Of a DNA stretch of 64,000 bases, positions 1 to 12,077 are shown one piece after another. The translations under genes and the position numbers were made by a program. Under the pieces are notes generated by a model that made no database searches, had not been told where the DNA came from, and saw only the letters and a program-made list of their open reading frames with translations. Position 1 is the stretch's first letter. Every line of letters starts with the position of its first letter. This stretch comes from Schmidtea polychroa (Eukaryota), in the NCBI GenBank assembly GCA_044892525.1, contig CM097885.1, positions 2,234,001 through 2,298,000 on the forward strand. Direction: 5' to 3'.

Positions 1-181
1 GGTTGCAGGCATTTCACCGCGAGATGCAGGAGTGAATTGTTGTCTCCGTCATGAGCATTCGAACTACTTAAATCGAGTCGTTCGAGAAAACACGGAAAAA
101 GAATTCCATGAAATTTCAATGACAATGTCAACGCGTTTTCATAGCAAGTCAAAGAAATTATTGATTGTGCAAATGGAATAA
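1..181 (-). CDS. Internal exon of an ankyrin-repeat protein gene, running off the window edge
   Basis: AG acceptor (tttcag) at 182-183 on the minus strand. The open frame reads IPFAQSIISLTCYENALTLSLKFHGILFPCFLERLDLSSSNAHDGDNNSLLHLAVKCLQ, with an ankyrin-like DGDNNSLLHLAV. Confidence 0.6.
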
Positions 182-1581
182 CTGAAAATATTCAAATCAT
201 TAATATTAATTGAATCGTGTCTTTTATGGCCCATTACCCCTCCATTCATCTACTGCTTCAAAATAAAATGTTAAATTTAAGTTATGCAAATTGATTTGAT
301 CAGTTATTATTAATTTATAATAATAATTAAACAAACAAAAATGGGAAAATATTTTTAATTCCAGAAATTCAATTTAAACAAAATTAAACCTTTATAAAGA
401 AGTATAACAGCATTAAGAAATGAAAATGAAAATATTATTTACACTATAAAAAATCCAATAAATACACGAAAGTAAAAATCCTAAACATTGCGAAACATTG
501 CAAATGCATTCAGTCAACAATCAGAATGGGAATTTCACTGACTTCATCAGTAAATGTTTATTACTGGATGCGCGCATCTATGATAAGGATGACCTCTTTT
601 AATCTGAGATTTTATAATTGTTGTCGCTGGCTAAACTAATCTCACCCTTTTTGGCTTTGGAGTCAAACATATTTAAAGAGTTACAAAACTTATTGAGTGC
701 CATAAATAGTTAACTCACATTAAAAAGGTAAAATCATTGACTCATTAAAACAACTTCGATAAATTAAATCATAAAAAAGATTTCGTTTATTTTCATTACG
801 ACAAAAACATTAATTTTCTATGCAACACAAATTCCGATTTCATAACATTTGATAAAGGCTTTATAATATATATTTTTATTATTTTAATGTTTCTAATGAT
901 TTGTAAGTGCCATAAAATATTTATTAGCAGGAATTGATGTAAATCAGCGCCTAAGATTAACGACCCCATCATCATATTGAATCATAGATACCAAGGTATG
1001 GAGCATCAGGATTACTATTAGCAATAGAGAAAATGTTTTGAAAGTATGATGATAAATGAAATACGTAAGGAATATAGAACAAGAATTAATTTATTCGAGT
1101 CATTCAGCAAAAAGATAAGGGACAATTTCATACTATGCGGCAGGGATGTCCAACCCGTAGCTCACAACGACTTTTGATGTGGCTCATTTTATCAACTCGG
1201 GCAATAAATGTCTAAAAGATTATTTGCTCTATAAAATACAATATCGCTGTAATTGGCCATATTTGTTCAGGCATTTCTTTAATTTGATAGTTAAATATAT
1301 AGAATGAAAATACTTTTATTGTAGGTATTATTTTGATTGATTATTTGTAGTTTTCTGTTTTATTAAATTGTTACGCCACTGACCAGGAATATTTTCCTTT
1401 CAAAAGGACATTAGGTGATATTGATAGAAAATGAAGTCAATTATTATAGACTCCATGAAAACATTAAATCTTTACACAAAGGAAAGTTTATGTGTCTCGA
1501 TAATCTAACTTTATTGATTTTTTTAGGTTATAGAAACTCTTGTTCATTGAATGTTTCATTTATGTTAGTCATTATTATATA

Positions 1582-1831
1582 CACTCATACCTCGCTTTAC
1601 GGCCTACATACGTTCCACGAAACTTGGCCGCAAAGCGAAAAGCCGTATAAGAAATCGAGATTGCGCTTGCGTAAGATTGGCAACATGTAGATATATCGAC
1701 ATCGAAAAAAAGTTTTTTTATGCCGTTATAGCGAAACATTTTAGGCCGTAAATCGAAAACGTGCCTTAATTAAAGAGGGCCGTTATAGCGAAATGCCGTA
1801 TAAAGAGCGGCCGTATAGCGAGGTATGGGTG
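1582..1831. mobile_element. 250-bp MITE, Tc1/mariner-pogo type
   Basis: TIRs CACTCATACCTCGCTTTACGGCC and GGCCGTATAGCGAGGTATGGGTG (21/23 match), flanked by TA on both sides. Internal GCCGT(T)ATAGCG subrepeats; no coding capacity. Confidence 0.85.
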
Positions 1832-2738
1832 TATTAGCAATTACTTTGTAGTTACCTTAATCATGTTGGAACAGGAACAAATTAAAATTTTTCAGAAAGC
1901 TTGACACTATAGCACGACAAAAGATGACTCAAAATATCTTGTTTATCATAAATCTTTTTTTAATCTTATACTGAAAATTTAAAAATTCTCTAATTACAAA
2001 AGTTGTAGATCTTTAATTTCTTTATATTTTGAAGTTAAATGGCAAAAAATTATCTGGTCGAAAAACTTTAAATCTTTCTCGGGAGGTTCCTCAAAAAGAT
2101 TCGTAAGAAGTACCATGTCAAAAAAATGTTCTCCTAAATCTCTATTTTTACAATTTCAATATTTTTATGCAGGTTAATTCAAAAATTTATAGATTTTCAA
2201 GGTTTTAACGAAAGTTCAATATTAATATTGATTACTTTGATTCAGATGATGAATTTGATTCTCCCGGTCATTTTATGGAATCGACACCAGCGGAATCTGA
2301 AATCCAGTTTATGACATTTTATGTTTTTAAATGGAAACTTCTTCACCTTATGTAATATATTATTTAATGTATTTAATAATCTTTCATTTTACTGAGCAAA
2401 TTGATCAAGATTGAAACAATTCAAATGCTTATTCATTGTAGTCATTGTACTAAATGCAATTTGCAACAATATCATAATAATAATACATCTCATTTCATTG
2501 TCAGCAACCATTGAACCGATTGTCATATCAGATTTATCAGTAGCACAATTATTGTATGGATCAGTGAACATATTTGAGCGGCTTGCTGAACTGTGCTAAT
2601 CATATGACAATAGGTTCAATTATCAATCTTTATTACTTTGATAATATGAAATGAATTATTTTTGCAAGAGATAAAGTTATTATTTGATGTTTGAAATGGC
2701 ATTAAATTGGAATAAATAAAGCGTGACTGATTGATAAA

Positions 2739-2891
2739 ATATTGAAAATAAAACGGCCTAAATGCAAATGGTCAGAGGCGTCAGCATTACATTTAGGACA
2801 TAAAGTTACAATAGATGATATAATAGCCAATCCCGACAAAATTGAAGTAATTAAGAAATGTCCAATTCCCAAAAGTGCTTGGACAATCTGA
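2739..2891 (+). mobile_element. Ty3/gypsy reverse transcriptase C-terminal remnant
   Basis: Manual translation ILKIKRPKCKWSEASALHLGHKVTIDDIIANPDKIEVIKKCPIPKSA resembles the gypsy RT LKxxKC..YLGHxV..GI..P.KI..I..P.P motif. Confidence 0.7.
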
Positions 2892-3673
2892 TCAACTGGA
2901 CCCGCGTGCTTGGATGGTTTGAATTGATTGCATATGACATTATCTTTTATATTTGTGACATTTTTTGTTATTTTCTGTGTATAATTTTTGTGATTGAATT
3001 GAATATATTTATGCGCGTTCATTTGATTAATTTATTTTGGGTAATGATTCCAATGCCCGTCTGTCCACAATTATATTTATTAAACCGGATATTATTCTAG
3101 CTTTTGTTTTACTATATTGAAATTTGGAATTAAACTTTTTGTAACAATTAATTTATCAAAAATTACAAATTTTATTTTTCAGTTTTTGCTATATTTTTAC
3201 ATTTTTATTGGTTAATAAGAATTTGCAATTTTAATTTCCAGCTTTTACAGCAATTCCTGATAAATCTCTTTTTAATACTTTTTCAAACATTAAACTTGTT
3301 TGAATAAGCTAAATTATATTTAATTGTTTTATTGAACAATCATGAGTTATTTTATGGTTTCCACATAATATTTTGTGGCTTCCTGGAAATGATCTCATAG
3401 AAATCTGAATTCAACCAGATAAATAATTTTTCATAATGCTATCATAATTATTGTAAGGTTTTTCATTTATTATTATTTATTATACAATATTATTTGAATT
3501 TATGTTTAGGAATTGTGATGAAGTTTTTATTAGGTATGCGTGTATGTGTGTGTGTGTGTAAAAACTTGTATGTATAATTTTTCCTGTATGTTTACCCAAT
3601 CATATTCTTTTATTGATAATACATCTCAACAGCAATAATATAAATATACCAACACTTCAACAATCAATTATAA

Positions 3674-4164
3674 ATGACGCACACAGCATTTATGATTGAC
3701 ATATTGAATGGTCTTGTCTCCAACAAAGAAACTAACGATGTGATTAATAATCTACAATTCCTTGTAATCGTACAGACAAAATCATTGAAGATAATCATAT
3801 CGAGAACGACACTATCATCAATTTGGAAACAGTCCAACAAAAGAAAAAATTATTCGAAGAAATATTTTATACATTATTCGATGATGAAATTACATGGTCT
3901 CGAATTATTATAGGTTTCATGTGTATGAAACATATTTTAGAGAAATCGAGCTCAGACTGAAAATTATTTTCAATGATCTGTAGAGGTATTATTTTGATTG
4001 ATCAAATTGACATCATCATTATTTAGATTACCGAATCAAAAATTATGCCATGGGTTGATGCTCATGGTGGATGGATTATGATGATTAGACAGCTAAAAAA
4101 ATCAAAAGAGAATGATGCCAGATGTGAAAAATTAAAGAATTTATTGAAACTATTGACTGGGTAA
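3674..4164 (+). pseudogene. Divergent Bcl-2-family pseudogene, copy 1 (BH1 and BH2 motifs, one 41-nt intron at 3986-4026)
   Basis: BH1-like LFDDEITWSRIIIGF (~3874-3918) and BH2-like IMPWVDAHGGW (~4042-4074). Frameshifts near 3765 and 3958 and an in-frame TGA; TAA at 4162-4164. Aligns with the homolog at 41364-41660. Confidence 0.7.
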
Positions 4165-4761
4165 AGAGTTGTATATGCATATATAAAAGTGTATTAAAAT
4201 AATTCTTGATAAATGTTTTTGATGTTTAAATAAAAGTATAAACATTGTGTGTACTAGTTATTGCAAGCATGTCCTACTTATTTAATAACTATGAATGGAC
4301 ATTCCAGCAAAGACACAAGCCGTTATGATGTGATCTAGATAATATTTGAGTTGACCTACATTATATATATAAGGCCAAAATAGCCTCAGCATGGCGAACG
4401 GTGGTACTGTCCTGAAGGGGGCACATCTACTACTTATAGCAGCATTTATTCTTTGGCAACAGGCGTAATCATTGCATATCCTGATCCTGAACCGATTAAA
4501 TTATGAATCGCGTCTGTGTGCGCGTTGATTATTCGTTGGGATTACCGGTTGAGTGCGCACACAGACACGAGGCAATGTTTGTGTGTTGCTGCTGGCTATT
4601 TATTATTTTCCGGTTCTGAAAGGACATTATTATTGGTTGTTTGAATGAACTATTTGGATTGCATTTTGAATATTGATATTGCTAATAAATCGGAAATGTG
4701 CAAAGGTGGATTGCGGGAGGTGTTGCTTCATGAGCTGTGCTGCTCTCAATTGTTGGGCACA

Positions 4762-5035
4762 TTCTAGACTTGAAGGTTTGACAGATTATTTGATGACAAT
4801 ACTGACAGGACGGTGTTACAGGTTTATAACCACAGCGCAAAGGATGATTTGTTCGAGATATTAAAGGACAAATGTGTTTCATTGCTCTCTGCTTTATCAT
4901 CGCTTCTTGATGAGTTATGAACTACCGGATGATCAATTTATAATCATTGGAAATGAAATATTGAGATGGCCAGCAGGTTTGTTACAGCCATCATTCTTGT
5001 GAATGATATTGTTGGTATTCAGGAGGCAACTTATA
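4762..5035 (+). pseudogene. Actin pseudogene fragment
   Basis: LTDYLMTILTGRCYRFITTAQR..RDIKGQMCFIAL..SYELPDDQFIIIGNE..LLQPSFL..GIQEATY matches actin [37 protein letters not shown]. Contains frameshifts and stops. Confidence 0.85.
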
Positions 5036-5079
5036 GGAGCAATACATTTTCTGCAGGACTAATAAGATATGATTTGATC

Positions 5080-5957
5080 CTTACATAATGCTTCTAGATG
5101 TTCCCGTGGCACTGTAAGCAATGACAACAAATCAAACATTTCATCTGACACTCAAAATATTAATTTCACAGAAATTATTTCTATTTTCTTTAATAAATTA
5201 ATTAAAATTTATAGTTTGATAAAGTTTCACATCAATACAAATATTAATATATAAATAATAAAAGCAGATCGATTGCATGTTAAGTTAAATTAAATCAATT
5301 AATTGATTAATCAATTTACTAATAAATATTTTACCATTTTCATTTCCGGAATATCGATTAATAATCTGTAATTAATAGAAATATAAAATTCAAATCAAAT
5401 AAATTGTGGCATTTCCTCACCTCAACAGATCTTACAACATCGGCACCCCGGTTCACCAGTTGTGCACAGACATTGATCATCCCTCTAATCACTGCACAGT
5501 GCAGGCCAGTCAATCCCATCTATATCTCACATAATTATTCAATCAATATCAACAAATCTCACAAATCCAGCCTGATCAATATCAATTGATCGATCTATCA
5601 AATATTCACAACTGTCCTCCAATCCACTCGCAATTGCCTCATGCAATGGAGTTTGCGAATACTAAATAATGCCAATTTATCAATATCAATATTGATTACT
5701 ATATTGATTTACTTTGTTTTGTGTATTGGTATCGATCTGGAATTGCTGCAATACTTTGATGCATTTCCTATGATGCAGCGAATGGGCCAAGGCCAATGCA
5801 GTCCCCATTGTCTACAAATATATTGATTTGATCATTTCAATGAACACATACTTCATTATTTGCATTGATATCAACAATGTCCTGATTATCAAGGATAAAT
5901 TTGGTCATATCTGCATCATTATCCAATATTGCTGTGTGTAATATGGTGAAATTGACC
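5080..5957 (-). CDS. Ankyrin-repeat gene exons, about one repeat per exon, with short GT-AG introns
   Basis: Exon translations NFTILHTAILDNDADMTKFILD, TMGTALALAHSLHHRKCIKVL, YSQTPLHEAIASGLEDSCEYLI, MGLTGLHCAVIRGMINVCAQLVNRGADV. Boundaries approximate. Confidence 0.75.
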
Positions 5958-6171
5958 TTGAATATGAATGAGATTAATTATTGATTTTGCATTATTCTGA
6001 TGCACCTTTTGACGTGATTCCATCAAAATCATTCGTTCTTGTATTTCTTCTTGTATTTCTCTGAATCCTTTATCCTTTGCTTTGTCAATGGCCTTGATCC
6101 ATAACTAAATGATGAAATCAATGCTGATTTAATCAATTCTATCTCAAATTAAAAATAAAATATAAATAAAA

Positions 6172-7330
6172 TTGCCGCTAGGTGATTTGTTATATTTAGC
6201 TAAAAATGTCCTCTGCGGCATTTTTTTCCAAATAATCCAGATTCATCAGCATTAAAAACCTGATCGGGACTGTAAGACTTAGCTGCAATAATTTCAGCAA
6301 ATTTTCGAGGATAATGTTGTGCTGTTTCTATATTAGAAGATGCTTGTTCACCTTTTAATTTTAGATTATGCAAAGAATGCCTTTGCTTAAACCGTTCGAA
6401 CCAAACCAATTGGAATCCGTTTTTGACTTTCGTCTTATATCCATATCACTAAAGCCTTTTCCATATTTTCCATATCAACATTTCTTACGTGTGAAGTTGT
6501 GCTCATACTTGTAGACATTCCAGGTGCTACACTTTTCTAATCCAGTTTTCGTTTATTCTTATTGTTCTTATTGTAGCTTCATTCATGGAATAAAATTTGG
6601 CAACATCTACTATTCTTTTTTTATTACGTAGACGGTCCAAAATTTCAATTTTCGTTTCTAAAGATATAACTTTTCTTTTCATTTCTGTTTTGATAATTTT
6701 TTCTTTTTCTACGGTAAAACTAAAACTTAGAATAACTTTACGTATGAGTTAATTATGAAAATGAGTGTTTAAAATGTGTGTAATTAATGACAAATTTTGA
6801 ATATTAAAAAAAGAATTCCCAACCCTATCAAAGTACATACATAGATTACATTTTTTAAGTGATAATAATATGTATGTAAGGAGTTACTAAATCTCTATAT
6901 AAAATTATTATGGTTAAATGGTAGAAGTGAGATCAGTTAGTAGAAATAATTATTTCTGTTAAATTTTTATATTTAAATTCTATATTAAATTATATCATAT
7001 TATATTAAATTATATTAAATTAATTCAATTAAATGTATGACCAGTAATTACATTAATATTAATAATTATCACGCCTCGGTGTTTAAATACGCTAGTAAAC
7101 GGCACAATTTTGAAGTTGTTATAAAAATAAATGCTTGAAGAAGATTGGAATTTAATTGCGGCTAACAATGTATAAAACTTAAAGATTACCCGATTATATA
7201 ATTATATAATTAAGCAGATATAAATTCGCATGAGGTCAAAATTAACCATTTTCGGAAAAAGAATTTTTCCAGAAACCGTGTAAGATCGAAAACATGTTAA
7301 ACGAGTACCGTGCTAAACGGAGGATAGGTG
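6172..7330 (-). mobile_element. 5' part of a Tigger/pogo DNA transposon (degenerate transposase)
   Basis: TA-flanked terminus CACCTATCCTCCGTTTAGCACGG at 7330. ATG at 6682 gives MKRKVISLETKIEILDRL (psq-type HTH), followed by WFERFKQRHSL and VFNADESGLF (first D of DDE). Frameshifted and truncated. Confidence 0.85.
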
Positions 7331-7759
7331 TATTTGAAAATATGTTCTACCAATCAACTCAGAAATTTATTCACTATAAAATAGCGCTTAAAAGATTTCA
7401 AATATGTTCAAATTTTATAATTTTCATTGAAAATTCTTCATAAACTTGCGTTCGAATTGACTCTGATGTTATTGAAACATCCCCTAGAATAGAATCTCAC
7501 AAAAATTCCTTTTCAGGCGTTAACAGTTTTCCTTCGTGGCTTTTCGATGATTCAATCCTTCCACCTCTTTGTATACACGGATAACACTCGCAACTGTTTG
7601 GTAATTTATATTTAAATAGCTTGAAATTTCTTTTATGATTTAGCTTGGATATATTTGTCGTAAATAAATTCCTCATCGAATCTGACAGCTTCATACTTAC
7701 AGATATTTACATTCACCCTTAATTTTTTGATTTGACATCATTATTAAAAAAGGAGAAAA

Positions 7760-7975
7760 ATAATGTAATAATAATAATTATTATAATAATAATAATAATA
7801 AATAACAATAAAATAATAATAATAATAATAAATAATTAATAAAATTAATAATAATAAAATAATAATAATAATAATAATGAAAAAATAGTAATAAAATAAT
7901 AATAATAATAAAATAAATAATTAATAATAATAAATCAATAAATAATAATAAATCAATAATAAATCAATAAAATAA
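7760..7975. repeat. Degenerate (AAT)n microsatellite
   Basis: Directly visible aataataat tract. Confidence 0.9.
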
Positions 7976-8167
7976 CTTGTCAATAATAATTTATAAAATA
8001 TAATTCAAATAAATCAATAATTATGCCATTTCCACAATGTTAATTAAATGAAATATTTCAACATAAAATCGATCGCGTTCACTCCAATGCAAAATTTAAC
8101 AAATCGATCTGACGCATCATAAAATATTTATTTAAAATTCATAAATAAACCAATCAAATATTTCCTC

Positions 8168-8887
8168 ACCGATTTGTCATAAACTGTTTTCTTCATGATA
8201 GATTCGACAAACAGATGATGGCCTTGATTGACAGCCAATTCCAGAAATGACAGCTCGCCCTAATCAATATCAATACAAATCCAAATAATTATTTGACCTT
8301 ACGATTCTGCGTTGCCCATTGATAATGTGAGCAGAATTGAATATCTTGAACCCGCTCATGTGCCCCTGAGTGATGCAGCGATAAAGGATGCACTGAAATT
8401 TATTTATTGATTTATTCAAATAATCAGCTCACTTCTCTCATTAAATTTGCATTTTTGTCCATTTTTGCTGTCAGCAATTCAATTGCATTATTGATTTCCT
8501 ATTGGTGAGAATATTAATTATATCAATCAATAAATCAATCAAACTTTATCATTAATCGGTTTGTCAAGGATTAATTTAATAATCTTATCAGCATTGGACT
8601 CGATTGCTCTCTCCAGCACAGCCAATCCAGTCTAAATATCAATTATTAACCATTCAGAATATCACAAATTTACATAAATATTCTGCATTATGAAATCAGA
8701 AGATTTGAACAAATAACCAAATGCAATTGCATCATCCCGTTCAACAGCACGAAATAACTGAAATATTTATTCAAATTTACTTATTGTAATAAATGCACTT
8801 TTTGAACAGTTTTGCCCTTAGCCAGTAATTCCACGCAATCAGCACGTTTATTTTGCTTTGCTAAATCCAGCGGACTCTTTCCTTCCT
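8168..8887 (-). CDS. Further ankyrin-repeat gene exons, probably the same gene as 5080-5957 and 1-181
   Basis: EGKSPLDLAKQNKRADCVELLAKG, LFRAVERDDAIAFGYLF and GELSFLELAVNQGHHLFVESIM, separated by short GT-AG introns. Connection to the other exons is inferred. Confidence 0.65.
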
Positions 8888-8944
8888 AAATAAATAATCC
8901 AATCAAAATCCAATCATCACAATTGAGTGAATTATTGTGCTAAA

Positions 8945-9960
8945 ACTTATGGATCCATTGGCTATGAAAGGAGGAACAGTAACGATTGACAATTTCTTTA
9001 CCAGCTTACCACCAGCACAAAATTACTAGCTAAAAAACTACACTAATTGGAACTATACGTGGAATCAAAAAAGGTTTGCCGAAGGTTTTGAAACATAAAA
9101 GGATGACATGGCGCGTTTTGCAACATTACTTAATAAATCATGACGTTGTTCTCACCCAAAAGTAAACCGAAAGAGAAAGTTCCATTATTGAGTTTAAAAC
9201 ATAAATTCGCTTTCATTATATAATAACACAAAGTTCAGAGTAGATATATCTGAGCGAATGGCAAGGAAATGTAGCGTCAAATCTGGGCCTAGAATATGGC
9301 CGCTTCAAGCACCTTTCAATATGCTAGGCATAGCTGCGATGAATGCATCGATACCATATAAGGGAACTGCAGCAGATAACATATCAATATGCTAGGCCTA
9401 GCTACAATGAATGCCTCGATACTATATAAGGGAACCGCAGCAGATAGCATATCAATATGCTAGGGCTAGCTGCAATGAATGCCTCGATACCATATAAGGG
9501 AACCGCAGCCGATAACATATCAAGAAATGATTTCCTATTTCAGCTTGCAGACGAATTTGCTTCCCAATACAAAAATCAGAAAGTGTATCACCAGTAAATT
9601 TATCGACACCTTCAAATAGCCTCCATCTCACGCGTAAATGGCGTATGATTGGATATTGGAATATTAATAAAATCACAAATTTCCCTATGAAATGTAAAAT
9701 AATTGATTGTAAAAATGTAACGAGTAATTATTGTCATTGCTTTTAATGAATTATTTCCAGTTTAATAATGAATATTATATTATAATTATATTTATTTATT
9801 ATTTGATAATATGGCAGCGTATGTAAGGCTACTTTATAAATGTTATTTGCTAATCAATCGCTTCTGTTTTCGGAGCAAGATATTATATTTGATGGCCCAT
9901 TGAAGTCATTATGACTGTTGCTGGTAGCAATTGCTGTGATTGTTATTGGCCGTTCTAGTG
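8945..9960 (+). mobile_element. piggyBac transposase 3' remnant with an internal 68-bp triplication
   Basis: GTVTIDNFFTS, TLIGTIR, YNNTKFRVD..MARKCSVKSGPRIWPLQ..NMLGIAAMNA are piggyBac DDD-domain motifs. A 68-bp unit is repeated at 9317, 9385 and 9453. Confidence 0.85.
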
Positions 9961-10285
9961 TTAGTTATCTAAATTGATAAATCATTTGGCTGTTGACAAA
10001 GCAATTTGCTGCGGTGGCTGGTAAAGAGCAAGATCATATGATAATGCTGTCACATCGATATTGGCCATATCGGACCAGCCGGGAGCAATTGTATTCTCAA
10101 CCCGCTAACGGTTCCATTGACACCTCATTCTTTGATCTCTTGCCTCTCACTAGAGCTCTCTGAGTCAATTCTCAATGGCATTTCAATCATTGCTCCTTAT
10201 GCAATCCATTTCACATATTCAATTAACCAGATCGCAACTCACGAAATTTAATTGATATTTCATTATATAAAATGTAAATGTTTAC

Positions 10286-11151
10286 TTTTGTTCGGCAATC
10301 GATTCGGCATTTTCGCTGCAGCAATAATTTCAATATTTCTGAATGCCCATAGCTGCTAGCATAATGAATTGCTCTCCATCCCTGCAATTTATCTATTAAT
10401 CATTTATTTGCAATGATTATTTACCTATTTGTCCCTAGATTCAATATCGCAGTTGCGGTCAAGCAATAATTTCAATATTTCTGAATGCCCATTGCTGCTT
10501 GCAATATGAATTGCTCTACTTCCCTGCAATTTATCAATTAATCATTTATTTGCAATGATTATTTACCTCATTGTCTTCAGATTCCATATCGCAGTTGCGG
10601 TCAAGCAATAATTTCAATATTTCTGAATGCCCCTTCCAGCTTGCAATATGAATTGCTCTCTTTCCCTGCAATTTATCAATTAATTATTTATTTGCAATAA
10701 TTATTTACCGCTTTGTCCTCAGATTCAATATCGCAGTTGCAGTCAAGCAATAATTTCAATATTTCTGAATGTCCTTGCCAGCTTGCAATATGAATTGCTC
10801 TCTTTCCCTGCAATTTATCAATTAATTATTTATTTGCAATAATTATTTACCATTTTGTCCCCAGATTCAATATCGCAGTTGCAGTCAAGCAATAACCTGA
10901 CAATATCAGCAAATCCACCAATGCAAGCCATGTGAATGGGCAACAGGCCCTGAAATCAGAAACATTAACCCAATAATTCACATTGCCAATCAATCTCACA
11001 CAAAGATGATCAACAATCCCATGCATAAATTCTCCCCTCAAATTATCCCTGACGCCCTTCACATTTCCCCTCATCAAGTGAGCCTTGAAACTTTGAAAAT
11101 CCCTGCAATGCAAATTATCCAATGCAAATCACAATCAATATTTCACCCCAT
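10286..11151 (-). CDS. 5' end of an ankyrin-repeat gene built from 142-bp exon+intron tandem units; one unit carries a TAG
   Basis: ATG at 11151 with a 5-nt first coding exon, then MGDFQSFKAHL...GLLPIHMACIGGFADIVRLLLDCNCDIESGDKM and repeats GxRAIHIASxxGHSEILKLLLDRNCDIESED. Period 142 bp = 99-nt exon + 43-nt intron. TAG at 10425-10427. Confidence 0.8.
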
Positions 11152-12077
11152 CTTGATATTTCTTTTCTGTTTTATCTATCAATTAATTGCAAAATCAATA
11201 AATTTAATTATAATTTAATTAACAAGTTCAAAATTAATAAATCTAACTTCCTAAAATCCAAATGAAATTAATTAAATAGCAGCCAATCAATTCTCAAGGC
11301 CAAATAATAAATTTGAAGCGATAAAACAAATCAATTGCAATCAATAATAAATGTAATATATATAATGGAATTGTCAGGCTTGATAAAATTGATATTCAAT
11401 ATTCAATGCGACAACCGAGCGATCTCACGGATTCCCCCGATGCGGCAATTATTATCAATGATTACAACATTCCAGGGAGCTGCAATTATTATTATTATTT
11501 GCTGGTAACTTTCAAATAATTTCCAATTATAATTTGCAAGCATTACACAAATGGCTAAATATTATTTTAAATGCTCAATTTTACCCACTCAAATCCTCAT
11601 GCTAATAAATATCAATATTAATAACAATTTTATACAAATCATTGAATTGCTTTATAATTGATATTTCATAACATCGCATATAATTGTTACATAAAATGAA
11701 TTAATTAATTAATTATTGAATCAAATAGAAATTATATTAATAAATACAAAATTGAAGCATTAAAAAATTAAACATTTGAATAATTAAAAAATCCAATTAT
11801 ATAAACAAATATACAAAATATTATAATGGGAATATTTGAAAAGATTTCCTTATAAATTGCAAAGCACATTAACGCAAAACAAATATATTTCACTAAAACT
11901 AGAAATAATAATGCTTAAATTAAATCAGCAAATGTTTAACAAAATAAATCGTAATATTCTAGAAATATAAATGTTTTAATTTCGAATATATAATACATTA
12001 GTAAGGAGGGAAACCACGACAAAATTTGAGATAAAAATTGAAATTTGTTAACAGTATCGTATGAAACGGTTTGAATT

